Part shown: positions 26,101-36,801 of the stretch, in pieces
Numbering within the stretch: position 1 is the stretch's first letter
Layout of the letters: each line of letters starts with the position of its first letter
Origin: Catajapyx aquilonaris
Lineage: Eukaryota
Assembly (NCBI GenBank): GCA_000934665.2
Contig: KZ538529.1
Location: 1 to 64,000 of the forward strand
Reading direction: 5' to 3'
Length of the DNA stretch: 64,000 nt
Translations under genes and position numbers: made by a program
The notes under the pieces: model-generated
Seen by the model: the letters and a program-made list of their open reading frames with translations, nothing else
What the model was told of the DNA's origin: nothing
Databases searched by the model: none

Positions 26101-28822
26101 AATACTGACTTAACAATCTTGAACATCAAGGAGAACAGGGCACAGAATATCTCCTGGCAGTCCTCCAACTCAAAGCACATGTTAAAAGACTTGACATAGG
26201 CCAAGTTTTCAAGAAGGTAGAAGTAGCGCTTGAAAGCAGGATCTTTGGGGTCCTTCAAACCAGCCAGCTGCTTTATCAGGAACATAAAGATGGTCTGAAA
26301 TAAACAAGGCAGATGTAGAGGGTGTTTGAAAAATATAATACAGGCATGATACAACAGGCTCAGTATTCAGAATCGAAAAGTTCTCTGGCTGAGCTGCTAT
26401 GGGCCTCCACAGTTTGGGCAGCTCAAGCAATTTGTCCGATCAAGGCAATGCCACCTGACACAGAAGTAAAAGTTTCCGCCTTGATGTTCTAGAGATTACC
26501 AATTTTACTTGCTAATATTCTGTGAACTTAAAACCACTGCAGGATCCTAGTGCTTCTGTGGCCAATTGATTCGTGAAAAAACTCAACATTTGTAACATTG
26601 TGTCTACAATATCTCAGCTGAGGAAGATTGTTTTGCAATCATAGCTTGCACTTTTCTAGTAGGTACTAGCAAGTATTTCTGCGTCAAAAATCTCAGCAGA
26701 CCAAGACCTATCTTACTTGCTAGGATTCCATGGTAGCAATTTCAAGCTATTTATGGGCACAAAACAAGATTGGCAAATCATGCGAGTGTGATTTGAGTAG
26801 ACTTTTTCTCATTGGCAAATAAATTCTAATTGGACAACAATGATGTGGAATGTTGCCAGTCTCATTTCGTTTCCAAGGAACCCAACGATACACGCCTGGT
26901 ATATTTGATCTTGGCGGATCGAGTGGACCCAGAAAACCGGAAGTGGCTAATCACAGGAAGTTGACCATGAAACCTACTTAGCTGAATCCAAATCTGAAAA
27001 CCGTTTGTCACAATCTCCTGCAGTTTAGGCCTTGATTCCTGTTCATGGACAGAGGGACAGACGGATGGATGGACAGAGCCATTCTTATAAGACTTTTTTT
27101 TGGATGAGAAAAAGTCTAAAAGTGGTGGGAATTTTGACTTGAAAAAAGAGTATATGATGAGGTCCCAGTCTCTCCCTTCTTTGTATGCAAAATTAGTTAT
27201 CCTATTATCAAAGTGCACTGGAACAAAGGCATAAAATATAACCTCCCCTCCAACAGAGTCCAAGGTCGTGTCTGTGACGCCATTAAAAAAAATATTAATC
27301 ACTCGCTGTTACTGGAGTTACTCCATCAACTACACCCCCTCCTTGGCCTTTCCTTTGCCCATGCCTATTTTCAAAAGGACAATATATTAGTACAATATTA
27401 CAAGTTGGAAAACATATCCAGGGCGCCTTCAATAATTGTGATTATCTGGTTGCATACAGATTTCATGCATATTGCCTATCAAGTGTGCAAAATTTTACCG
27501 GAGGATATAAAACTTGTGACTAATGTATAAAAAATTTCAAAATCTCACCAAAAGGCTGCAAAAGACAATCTCTCCCAGTCTGCGACTTGTTACAAACACT
27601 TGCACTTCTCATTTTCTTCCATAAATCACATCTGCATTAGTTACCCTCTACATGCACTAACATGAAAGTGGAACTGACTAATAAATGTCGCACCTTGACC
27701 TGTTCCGGGTCCTTGTAAGGAGCCTCTGGGGCATAAATCCGGAGGACATCAGCAATGCAACAAGCAATAAGAAGTTGCACATCCCTGCTCTGATTCTGTA
27801 GAAAAAATTCATCTACAAGGTGCAAAGCTAGGGGTATATACTCTTGGTATGCCCCTTCATCTTGTCCCATTGACTGGAAGGTATGGGCCAGTGTCTGGAG
27901 AAAAAAGTTGAAGCAAAAGCACATCAGAAACACAATTCCTAAAAATTAATTTATGCCCTATTGCAGACACACCTTTAACTCAACAAAAATACTCAAGAGC
28001 AAAAAATACAGGCAAATCCTACTTATCTGACTTTCATATCTGCCTTTTGAGGATAAAAATAAATATCACTATGAATGTAAGAATATTTTAAGGCTGATAT
28101 GAAAACAAAGTTTTACAAATTGCAATTGTTATGTCATTGTCACAATAATTGTCACAATGAAAGATCCTCATATCAATGCCATTTTTAAAAATTGTCCCTT
28201 TCCAGGAAATGAGCTCACAGGGTTGCTAAAAATTTCCAGTTAACCCTGTGGCTTATGGCAAATTTGAACCATTTCATATGTGAATTTACCTACTTGACAC
28301 TTTAAAAGGTGAAAGAGCAGAACAAAACCTGATGCATAGGGTGTTCCAATTGAAACGTCCATTTTAGTTTAATAGCGATGTTTTGAACTTGGCTGTTTAT
28401 TTTAAACATTTACTTTTAGTGGTTATCAAAATTTGAAAACTGCCCTCCAAAAAATTGGTTATATCATTGACATTGGAAGCCATTATGTTTCAATGTGCTA
28501 TTCTCAATTGCAATTGAAATTCAGAGTTCAGTTGAATGGTTCAATTCACCATAATTCACCAGTATTAGCTAATACGTTTGATAACCCCAAACTATTCAAA
28601 ACTGCTTTGAAATGCGTAGTTTCATCCCAAAAAAATCCCTAGCCAGTGCACACATTTCAACAGGAACACACTGCATACGCTAGCAAGTGTACACCTACAT
28701 CATCATCATCAACATACCTTGAGTCGGCGAATAAGTTCATCTGGTCCGAGATCTTCAGTCACTTCTCGGCATGAAGCTGGGTAGACCACGTTGGCTGTAT
28801 CAGCAGCTTTTCCACGAGGCAT
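2762..28822 (-). CDS. PDS5: Sister chromatid cohesion protein PDS5 homolog, spliced CDS of 20 exons (~1377 aa)
   Basis: Exons joined by hand with GT-AG sites and consistent phases, 4134 nt in total. Peptides are characteristic of PDS5 (VTEDLGPDELIRRLK, LLIACCIADVLRIYAPEAPY, FYLLENLAYVKSFNMC, WIKDKILHGYY, MPDYMLVFAVPILAHDPDY). The low-complexity C-terminal exons and the 3' end are less certain. Confidence 0.95.
3065..3395. mobile_element. pogo/Tigger-like MITE
   Basis: Imperfect TIRs ccgtagaaccccaattatc / gataatcggggtactacag; related to 43880-44223. Confidence 0.6.
4037..4362 (-). CDS. PDS5: PDS5 C-terminal low-complexity exon 19
   Basis: tttcag|EGDNLGEHSSGEDE...RQAEA|gtgagc; 326 nt, open and phase-compatible; composition typical of a disordered tail. 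Confidence 0.75.
6770..6868. repeat. Degenerate (GAT/AAT)n microsatellite
   Basis: Imperfect trinucleotide array. Confidence 0.75.
6984..8948. mobile_element. piggyBac-like non-autonomous element with nested SINE and foldback insertions
   Basis: TTAA on both sides (6980-6983, 8949-8952); TIR ccctttatct / agataaaggg. Confidence 0.7.
7854..8143 (+). mobile_element. tRNA-derived SINE (family B)
   Basis: A box tggccgtgatgg, B box ggttcgatccc, shared 3' stem-loop, A/(AAT)n tail, ccatgaa repeated at both flanks; same family as 55249-55637. Confidence 0.85.
10412..10604. mobile_element. hAT-like MITE
   Basis: Degenerate TIRs caatgtttcccaat / attgggaatccct; near-identical 8-bp flanks atctaagg/atccaagg. 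Confidence 0.6.
12039..12083 (-). CDS. PDS5: PDS5 probable micro-exon 18 (PAEIQDTQVQIPGLE)
   Basis: Pyrimidine tract plus gcaag acceptor and GAG|gtaaat donor; 45 nt, phase 0-0. Confidence 0.6.
12202..12234 (-). CDS. PDS5: PDS5 probable micro-exon 17 (SEERASSIDVQ)
   Basis: ctttcag acceptor and CAG|gtaagg donor; 33 nt, phase 0-0, open frame. Confidence 0.7.
12763..13171. mobile_element. Foldback/MITE element with ~95-bp imperfect inverted repeats
   Basis: agtacagtagcctgtattaatggctatgtacagacatcgccacc... is mirrored by ...ggtggcgatgtctgtgcatagccattaatgcagggtactgcact. Confidence 0.75.
14020..14307 (-). CDS. PDS5: PDS5 coding exon 16
   Basis: aatag|KLWSVCDLAMGLV...DTTER|gtaagc; 288 nt. Confidence 0.9.
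15597..16876. mobile_element. Non-autonomous DNA transposon with CAC..GTG termini (Transib-like)
   Basis: TIR cactgggcaacaaa / tttgttgcccagtg; internal inverted repeat (~15880-16050 vs 16440-16610); SRSPNLTPIDIF fragment resembling a Tc1/mariner motif at ~16300. Confidence 0.6.
17424..17686 (-). CDS. PDS5: PDS5 coding exon 15
   Basis: taacag|DKAQDQLPHIMPDYMLVFAVP...DEAMNM|gttaga; 263 nt. Confidence 0.93.
18680..18899 (-). CDS. PDS5: PDS5 coding exon 14
   Basis: ttttag|DEQPSVREQFANKLHKGL...LMTMG|gtaagt; 220 nt. Confidence 0.92.
18971..19094 (-). CDS. PDS5: PDS5 coding exon 13
   Basis: ttgcag|KAEMAWLRLSAGCCMLKI...SLLMV|gttagt; 124 nt. Confidence 0.92.
19629..19762 (-). CDS. PDS5: PDS5 coding exon 12
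   Basis: aacag|IEGMKMMARWLLGLK...GDLLEEGTL|gtagag; 134 nt. Confidence 0.92.
19936..20037 (-). CDS. PDS5: PDS5 coding exon 11
   Basis: ttctaag|VVRELLM...LPEETRCK|gtaaat; 102 nt; AAG acceptor. Confidence 0.88.
20123..20248 (-). CDS. PDS5: PDS5 coding exon 10
   Basis: ttgcag|KLKENM...IKNIISRK|gtatgg; 126 nt. Confidence 0.92.
20350..20501 (-). CDS. PDS5: PDS5 coding exon 9
   Basis: aacag|DNFPEVASILIP...KQAKQAVRCL...DILE|gtcagt; 152 nt. Confidence 0.92.
21415..21970. mobile_element. Tc1/mariner-type MITE or deleted element
   Basis: TA|cagggtgtcca..atgaacctccc and its inverse gggaggttcattgtggacaccctg|TA. Confidence 0.75.
22137..22735 (-). CDS. PDS5: PDS5 coding exon 8
   Basis: ttcag|VRKSVAELIDLH...GKYKPI|gtcagt; 599 nt. 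Confidence 0.95.
22920..23515. mobile_element. Tc1/pogo-type MITE
   Basis: TA|ccgtcaacggggtga ... tcaccctgtttgatgg|TA with repeated subterminal ggccaagt motifs. Confidence 0.6.
23851..23997 (-). CDS. PDS5: PDS5 coding exon 7
   Basis: tgtag|LLVERLLNTSLVPYQLPAEERMKKL...KHQL|gtgagt; 147 nt; too short for the ORF track. Confidence 0.92.
24100..24251 (-). CDS. PDS5: PDS5 coding exon 6
   Basis: tctcag|FKIRKEAM...NNIDD(R)|gtacag; 152 nt. Confidence 0.92.
24383..24889 (-). CDS. PDS5: PDS5 coding exon 5
   Basis: ccccag|FFNQAL...KERTLDKK|gtaggt; 507 nt. Confidence 0.95.
25109..25331. mobile_element. hAT (Charlie-like) MITE
   Basis: TIR cagtggtttc / gaaaccactg; perfect 8-bp TSD tattaatg. Confidence 0.88.
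25535..25778 (+). mobile_element. tRNA-derived SINE (family C)
   Basis: B box ggttcaaatccc; TSD taacactt; homologous to 49831-50116 and 38304-38480. Confidence 0.8.
25822..26029 (-). CDS. PDS5: PDS5 coding exon 4
   Basis: ttttag|(N)DEHSGKVKSFMLD...EPYIQA|gtgagt; 208 nt. Confidence 0.93.
26110..26294 (-). CDS. PDS5: PDS5 coding exon 3
   Basis: ttcag|TIFMFLIKQL...MFKIV|gtcagt; 185 nt, ends phase 2. Confidence 0.93.
26763..27120 (-). mobile_element. Helentron-associated interspersed element (HINE/DINE-1-like)
   Basis: Sub-TIRs tagactttttctca (26798) / tgagaaaaagtcta (27105), a 5' internal inverted repeat, a (GTCC/GTCT)-type microsatellite and a 3' terminal hairpin caaatca..tgatttg. Confidence 0.75.
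27694..27894 (-). CDS. PDS5: PDS5 coding exon 2
   Basis: ctccag|TLAHTFQ...KDPEQVK|gtgcga; 201 nt. Confidence 0.93.
28718..28822 (-). CDS. PDS5: PDS5 coding exon 1 (MPRGKAADTANVVYPASCREVTEDLGPDELIRRLK)
   Basis: Acceptor ttttttag at 28841, ATG at 28822, donor AAG|gtatgt; 105 nt. Confidence 0.9.
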
Positions 28823-29292
28823 TTTGACATCACCACTTCACTAAAAAATGTTCCATGAATTAATTTTGAGACTTCCATATGAGATACACAAGGAATGAAC
28901 ACTACACAGAACAACAGCGTAATACTACAAAAGTCTAAGATTAAAATGTGGCTATGGAGAATGAGGGAAGGGCCCAATTCTGCACTTAGACCTATGCAAA
29001 AGTTCATGCGGTTGACTTTGCGTGGTCAATAACTTTAGTATTTTGATACCAGAATTTGTGTTGCGGTGGTGATGTTACTCAACAAACATGTGTAAGGCGT
29101 TCAGTGAGGGTTATTTATTTAATTTGGTCAATCAGTCGCTGTTTTGCCCTCATTTCGAAATGAACCCCGACAAGACCCATCTTTGCCATTGTTCTCTTTT
29201 GTTTTTTAACCAGGAAAAAACTGTGGCAGAAAGCCAAATGGTTTTTGTACGAGTCATACAGTGAGAACAGAGTGTCATAATGCATTCAAAAG

Positions 29293-29700
29293 ACCGAAGC
29301 AGTAGTGGTGGAGTGGATATGGTGTCCGACTGCTAATCGGGAGGTCCTGGGTTCGAATCCCGGAGGCCGGCGATCCTGACCTTGGTTTTCTGTGGTTTCC
29401 CAAGGTCGCCCCAGGAAAAATTTCCAGGATCGTACCGTAAAATAGGCCACAGCCTTCCTTCCTTCCTTTCCCTGCCCTGGAGGAGGTGCGGAATCAGTGG
29501 GGAATTTCCGACCCGCATCTAGGGGGTCATCTATGGCGAACGGGCGCTCTGAGGGGCTGCACATGACCCCTACTTTGATGACATTGCACATGCACCAGTG
29601 TCCCCCCCTCCTTATCCCTACCCTGTCCCTGCACGATAGTGGTAATCCACTCCCCTAAGAGAGCCTAGGGCTCTAGCACGGGGTATATATATATATATAT
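29293..29700 (+). mobile_element. tRNA-derived SINE (family A)
   Basis: B box ggttcgaatccc, central ggttttctgtggtttccc domain, shared 3' stem-loop, (TA)n tail; partial copy at 42309-42455. Confidence 0.85.
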
Positions 29701-30403
29701 GTCGTTTTAGTTCTTGACAAATTCGGCTTTAGCTGCTTATATTGTAGCCGTGGCTAGCAACCAGTTGTTGAAATCAGATATCAGAAATAACAACAGTTGA
29801 TATTAGGGATAAATTTAAATATTACACTATGCAATACTGTACTTCATCAAAAACAAGCCCCCCCCCCCCCNCCCCCCTCCGCCCTTGCCACCAGCCACTA
29901 CTCCGGACGCCCTGGCCACGCCGACGTGTATGGCACCTCCCTTGCACTTCATCGACCCCGCCAGGGACGTTCCCTCTACTCGCCGGAGCGAAGGAAGCCT
30001 TATCCTCAGACATATTTATCTATTTACCCATTAATTAATTTAATATTGAGTGTCTGTTTCTGAGGTGGGCAGGGCTGGGGGGTGGGACGGGTTGTTTTTA
30101 GGTTTATTCTCATGGGTTTTATTAGTTCATATGTTGGGTTAGCTTGCGTCTCCCTTCATCGCTGACTACCCCTCATAGGGAAATGTCGTGATGTTGTTGT
30201 TGTTGATATTAGAGATTAAACAACACGAAACAAATGAAGATCGATTCGAACAAATTAGAATGCCATTCTTCATTTGTTTTGTGTTGTTTAATTCCTAATA
30301 TCAACTGAAATTGTTATTTCCGATTTCTGATTTCAACAACTGGTTGCTAGCCACGGCTACAATATAAGCAGCTAAGGCCGAATTTGTCAATAACTAAAAC
30401 GAC
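29701..30403. mobile_element. Foldback/MITE element with ~110-bp terminal inverted repeats
   Basis: gtcgttttagttcttgacaaattcggc...gatattagg is mirrored at ~30293-30403. Confidence 0.8.
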
Positions 30404-30430
30404 AAAAAAGTTTGATCACCCTGTATATAA

Positions 30431-30517
<87 letters not shown>

Positions 30518-30791
30518 TCATACCCCGCTATCAGCCATCGGCTCTTTAGGGGGAAAGTTTGTTTTGCCTGGAACTCTTTGCTTTTCACTTTACTGTGCTC
30601 TTTGGGATAGGATAGGTATGGAAGGAAGCGGCTGTGGCCTATTAATTACGGAAGCAACTCCGGAATTTTCCTGGAAGGACTGTGGGAAGCCACAGAAAAC
30701 CACGGTCAGAGTTGCCGGCCCCGGGATTCGAACCCAGGACCTCCCGATTAGCAATCGGACGCCTTATCCACCATGCCAACCTGCTTCGGTG
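30431..30791 (-). mobile_element. tRNA-derived SINE (family A') with a long (TTA)n tail
   Basis: Nearly identical to 48623-48952; A and B boxes; shared 3' stem-loop. Confidence 0.88.
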
Positions 30792-31617
30792 TTGGTGAGA
30801 TATTGATACAGTGGCTCGAATTTTCCTCCCACTGCTATAGTTGCAGCTAACTTGGCAGTACCAGTGCCAACAATGATACTGCTATTTTAGCATTTAAGCC
30901 ATACGACTTCTAACACAATTCACATAGCATGGCGTTACAAGTTTTGGTCTGGTTTTTTTCTAGCATGGTTACTAGCTCTGACGGGCCAAGTGAAAACCCC
31001 GTATCTTCCCAAATCACATAAATGGAGATAAATGCACCACTGCACTCCTCTTTGCAAGCCATGCCTTTTGGTACAAAGCCCGTAACTGTAGGAGCAACCC
31101 TTACAAAGTTTTGGCCACATTGAAACCATGCACTTGCATATCTGATAATGGAAACATACAAACTTCACATGCAAATCTCAAAATGGCAAAAACCCGAGTT
31201 ACAGGGTGTTTACTTGGGCCTTCAGAGCTGCAAATGGCAGCATGCGTACCTAGTCCTACCAATCCTCTACTTGGGAAAAAAAACTCCACCCTGGCAATTG
31301 TACATCTCCATACCAAGGATAGCCATTTACCTAGGACCACAAATAATTAACTATTTAAGCGCAGTTGATTCTAGTTATTTATTGTTATGAACAATAAAAA
31401 CCACAATCAACAACTTATTCTCAATAGGGCTGGCTCAGGCACTAACCGGTAGGGCGGCGCTAGTGGGCGAAAGGTTATAGTTCATTATTGTCAGGAGTGA
31501 ATGCTGGTATTGTCCCGTCTACATTTCCATACAAGATGTGATTTCTGTTCACTTTCTGTTGGAGATGAAGCTCGAATCTTGCTGCGACAGTACAAAGCAA
31601 AGGTCCGAACCAGCAAA

Positions 31618-31810
31618 ATGCCACAGTACTGTTGTGTACCGAGTTGCCGATGCAACATTTCCGGCCATCATTTCAGTTCCCAAAAACCCATCGCTTCGGA
31701 AACAGTAGCGAGTTGCCATCAAACGCGTGGATTCACGAACTGGAAATCTTTGAGATCAGGTTGTTCATGACGTCGTCTGCCATTCGCACTTCAAGCCTGA
31801 GGACTACAGA
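31618..31810 (+). pseudogene. THAP zinc-finger domain relic
   Basis: MPQYCCVPSC...(frameshifted) FPK.PSLRKQ*RVAIKR...VVCHSHFKPEDY matches the THAP C2CH signature, with stops at the expected Trp positions. Confidence 0.75.
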
Positions 31811-32081
31811 ATTTGCGAGTTTGCGGTCCACGTGACCCTTTTGGTTTTGGTCAAGTCACGCCAAAATTTTCAACCCGGTTTTTTTCCCCTCTCCTTATGT
31901 TCGCCCCTGCGCCCTCTCCTTGCCCCTCCGGGGGAGGAGAGGTTGCTGGGGCGAATATACATGCTATGGGCTAGGTGGGGCAGGCCCCGGGCCGAGACGG
32001 ACCGGGTACGGGCAGAATGGGTGGGCTTGGCCGCTGGGAGAGCGAGGCATAGCGGGCTCAAGGAGGAGTGGGGTCCACTCA

Positions 32082-32650
32082 CAGGGTTACCTCTGAAAAT
32101 CAATTGCGGCCAATCTAGGGGTCGTCCTGGTTTGACAGTGTCCCCGTTGTCGAGAGGAGATTCCGACGATGCCGTCGAGGTCCATATCGGCCATAAATAA
32201 CCACGGTTTATTTTACTGGAGAATTTAATAGTGAATATGAGGGTAAAAAGTGGGACATATAGCGTCTGGGAGGGTGAGAATCTGGCGGGCTGTAACCCAA
32301 CGGGTCGAGAGTGCAGGGTTGTCTCTGAAAATTCATTCCGGCCAAACTGGGGGTCGCACGGGTGTGACAGTGCCCAGGTCGTCGAGGGGAGATTCCGACG
32401 TTTCCGTCGAAGGCCATATCGGCCGTAAATAACAACGGGTTAATTTACGGGGGAATTTTATCCTTTTCTTCTTCCCCTCATATTCGATATTAAATTCTCA
32501 AGTAAAATAACCGCCCAGTATTTATGGCTTATATGGACATTGACGGAATCCTCGGAATCTCCTCTCGATGATGGGGGCACTGTCACACCAGGACGACTCC
32601 CAGTTTGGCCGGAATGAATTTTTAGAGGCAACCCTGCACTCTCGACCCGT
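32082..32650. repeat. ~232-bp GC-rich repeat: two direct copies and one inverted copy
   Basis: Units aligned at cagggtt 32082 and 32314; reverse-complement copy at ~32474-32650. Confidence 0.8.
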
Positions 32651-33551
32651 GCATGCGGCCCGTAGAGAGAGAAAAACAATAACCTTTCGCCCACTAATGC
32701 CACCTGCCGGCCGAACTTTCGGTGAGCCAGCCCTATTAACTCTCAATCACACCCTGTAGGTGTGTAGGATCTGTTTCAGGATTATAGGATTCTCAGCAAA
32801 GAATACTATAAGCTGCAACTAAGATTGGCATGTAACTGACAAGGTAAGAAAATCCCATAGAAGGGGCCAAAAAACATGCTAAAGAAGGTCCTCATTTTAT
32901 AATATTCATATTATATATTTTATTCACTTTTACCACCCGCCCCTTATAACTTTGTGGGATGAAAGGGGGTTCATTCTCTTTACATTTCTTGTACAGTTGG
33001 CCAGTCAGTCAGATATGATTTTAAGGCCCATTTTGGACCCACTGGACAGTATTTAGAAACACAGACTAGCACAGGATTACTTATTCCAGCAGTCTGGCTC
33101 AGAAACCTGAACTACTGTGGGAAAAATGATCAGAAGCTGCATTTTATCAGCTTGACTGCCGGATATTTAATCCCTTGCTAGTCTGTGTTTCTGAATATTA
33201 CCCATTATCAAGTTGTGTGTGATAAAAAAAGGCCCCTATGACAAGATACATGCATGCCCTACAATACAGGAAGCCCTGACAGCAGTACTAGAATAGCCAC
33301 AGCCATCCCTTGTTCTCTTGCCCCTGCATCCCAAGGTTAAGCTTTACTTAAGGTTTTATGCCTTGCCTCAGCCAAAATGGAATGGTTGTTTGTCCATTAC
33401 TATGGTAACTTATTGAGACCTCCTTGCGATTGGTTATAATGATAAGTTACCATAGTAACAGCCATAGAACCACTGCAACCTTGGGACTAGATGAGGCATA
33501 GTGCATTATGGACTTCACATTTACAAGAGCTGAACCAAGCTTTTACATTAA

Positions 33552-34149
33552 AGGAAGGGTTCCGTGATTTTGCATGTTGGGCTTCAAAAATCAAGCAGGA
33601 CTCCCTGATTCTGAATATCCGGTCCGTTTTGGTATCGATGCACCATGAGCGTTAAATTTCAAGTCAAAGTCAATATTATTTTTAAAATCAGCACCAAACA
33701 TGGGTTCCCTCTAGCGGCAAGGATGGAAGCTCCAAGCACGAGAAAAGATGGCCGTCCCCATAGCGACAAACCATGTGCAAACCAGGATTGTGTGTTTTCG
33801 ACCTGAGTGGAACCTGTCCCGGGTCCCAAGGGCCATGGGAATTCAGGGGAGGATGAGAGGGGCAGGGCGGAGGGAGGATGAGTGATAGGAACATGCGGCC
33901 GAGTGATGCCCACAGTGATCCATCCACTTCCTAGTTTAAAAAATTGTCTTTGCGGCTAAGCCAATCTTGGCCCATGCAGGTTACTGGGATATCCGTATCG
34001 TATCAAATGCAGTAGCAGTAGCGGTTTCAACTTTCACCTGACGGCATTTGCTTATGCAGTGTCAGATTTAAAAACCGACCACATTTTTGGAATCAGGGAG
34101 TCTTCCCTGATCTTTGAAGCCCAACATGCAAAATCACTGAACCCTTCCT
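33552..34149. mobile_element. Kolobok-like MITE
   Basis: TTAA flanks; ~60-bp TIR aggaagggttc(c/a)gtgattttgcatgttgggcttcaaa. Confidence 0.8.
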
Positions 34150-36801
34150 TTAAAATAACACGGAAGTCCACGCAGACTAAGCCTAGACTTCTATCAGTGT
34201 GTATGATGAGTTTCTGAAGCCGCCTTCTTCATGCAGGCCTGACATTCTGTCTGCATAAGTGATCTTACATTACCCTCCCAACTTAAAATGGATTAAAAGA
34301 TGACTCTAAAACGTCACTGCCTAGTTTCACCTCATTCCTCATCATGCCAATTTCTTGTCCACGGTAGGCTGATCCTTCTAAAAACTGAAAGCGTGCCAAA
34401 TGAAATTAAATGGAACTGGGCAATGAGTGGTCAATAAATAACCGAGAAATAAAATTAATTTCAATTGCTGGAAGCGTGCAAATCCCTACAAGATCAAGTA
34501 CTCGACCAGTTGCAATGGAAAGTGGGTGCTTTTGGCAGAGCTGCCTCTCGGCAGTTTTTTCATCAATACAAGTCAAAGCCAGTTTTGTATCTAGTTGCCA
34601 ATAGTGGTTTACTACAAAAAACTGCAAAGTTCCTCTGACAATATTGTGGCTGAAGTGAAACAATGTGCTACATATCAGCTCCTCAATTCAATTGTTGACT
34701 TCAGGGGAGAGATATAAGTGAATAGGAGGTTGGAATGAGGATGGCAGGCATTTGGAGAAAAGTAGGGCATCTGAGTAAAGGCACTGTAAATGTGGCATAA
34801 CATGACAATGTTGAAGGTAAGCATTCTTGTGTGTGAACTAACACTTCCTACACCGTCATTAGGACCACTGGGAAGACAGTAAGACACAATAATCACGGCT
34901 TTTAAAGAGCACAATCCAGCCATACACAATGAACAACTGACAAAGCAGTTATTGGGACATTATAATTTCAGCTCTGATGTTTTCGGTACCGGTACACACA
35001 AACGCATTCCAGTACAGTGCTGGACATTAATGGTATTGTACTGAGACACTGGCCGCAAAAGAGCAAATTGAAGTGATGCATTGGTTGCTAATTCATCACT
35101 ACGATTCACTCTTCTTCCACCAGTACGACACCATTAATGTCCATGGTTAATTTCATGAAAGCATAAAGATACTACTGAATAAAATTAAAATCGTCACATT
35201 TTGCTTTGGGACATAAATTTTTGGTACAAAAAATGCGTAATCAAGTGAATGCTAAGACTGTGGAAAAGGTATAAATACCATAAATTCAGTAAAATCTCAA
35301 TATAACGCTCTTCAAGGAACCGCCCAAAAATAGCGTTATAACGGGAATTCGTTATATACTGGAAGTGCAATATTTTCTCAAGAAATGAATGCCTTCGCTG
35401 TTGCTATGCATGTAGATGTTTATAAACCGCATTAACCTGACCTGACCTGCCCATGTACCACACAGACCCTGAAAAAATCCCCTGAGGTACCCAAAACAAT
35501 AGTGACTAACCAGGATCATAGTTCACATAAGCCACTTCTCCGCAACGTTGACATGTTTAACACTTGGCGACAAGGCCCACCCTTGTACACCATCATTCCT
35601 CAAACGTATATGGGGAAAAAATGCCCTGCTATTCATCAGTTGTCAATTGCTCATCGTTCCCACACTGCCAGCCTGATTTCAAGTCCTCTCTCTCTCTCTC
35701 TCCCCCCCCCCTCCTCCAGACCAAAATTGCTCTCTTTCTATGTTAAAACAGGTTCCAGCATACTTGACAAAAATGTGAAGAAAATCCTACACAAGGCAAC
35801 TTTCCACGGTTGCATGGTTTTCAACATGCAGGGAAGAAATGGCACATTTCTAATCTTTTGATCACTGCACCTCACCTTTCTATATTCATTCACAATTCAC
35901 CATCACAGTATTTTTTAAATGATTTCAAGAATAGTTCAAAGGTTCTGAACATTATTTTAAAATTATCCGCCAACGAAATAAGGATAAGGGCCCAGCCTAT
36001 TATTATTCATTCCACCAAAGAATAATGTCACAATGGGCAACAATAAAACTAACAATTAAAGACTTTTGATGTCACTATCATTCTCTAGTTGAATCAATAA
36101 TACTTGACATCATGTCACACATTTCTCTTGTCATGAGATGGTCCATCTCCAATTCCCTTCATATTTGCCAATGTTACTTTGTCTTGGTCATTAAGTAAAA
36201 ATGTACCACTGCTGGTGCAAAACAGTGCGCATGATACAGTCACCTCCACTCTAATTCAGACCACATTCATGTCACTTGCACGTATAATTTGCTTCACCAT
36301 CTCCACATAAACAATAACATTCTGAACGTTCACAACCGAGAAGTCATTCCGCAAATGTGACATTGCAAAATAGGTAGCATCTTGGCACAATTTAAATCAT
36401 TTTAAAATGGAATGCATTGCAATGAATGTGAGGTGACACATTACCATGCATGTAATGGCAAGGCACTGGCCACATTTTGCTCCATATCCTTCCAAGTGCA
36501 ATGGATATACATGCACCATAGATTGTTTGCACAGGATTGGCAATCAGTAAGTCATCCTTAGCTAAAACCTAAAACACACCCTAGTATCACTTGCTTATTA
36601 TTTACAAGAAGTCAGGTTGAGTCCAATCCGATTTTTGTCTAAATTCTAACCTCCTTTGCACTAGCAGTGCCCCCTACAGATCCATAACCCCCACCCAATT
36701 TTGCAACCACAGGTACGTGACAGTCACTAAATATTGAGGTCACAACCACCATGTTTACAAACTTTGAACGAAACCAACCAAAAAACTGCAATTCCCGTTA
36801 C

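Larger units (their letters stand above)
31423..32737 (+). mobile_element. Deleted THAP-encoding DNA transposon
   Basis: 15-bp TIR aatagggctggctca / tgagccagccctatt, subterminal inverted tagtgggcgaaaggttat, and a THAP relic inside. Confidence 0.75.

Noticed and set aside
29293..29370. Functional tRNA genes at SINE heads
   Set aside because: They are attached to SINE bodies, tails and TSDs, and the cloverleaves are incomplete.
30384..30806. Poly-Ile/Leu/Tyr/Asn ORFs (also at 50-527 and 57803-58176)
   Set aside because: Translations of (AAT)n retroelement tails.
32082..32650. CRISPR-like array
   Set aside because: Eukaryotic context, long diverged units and no repeat-spacer pattern.
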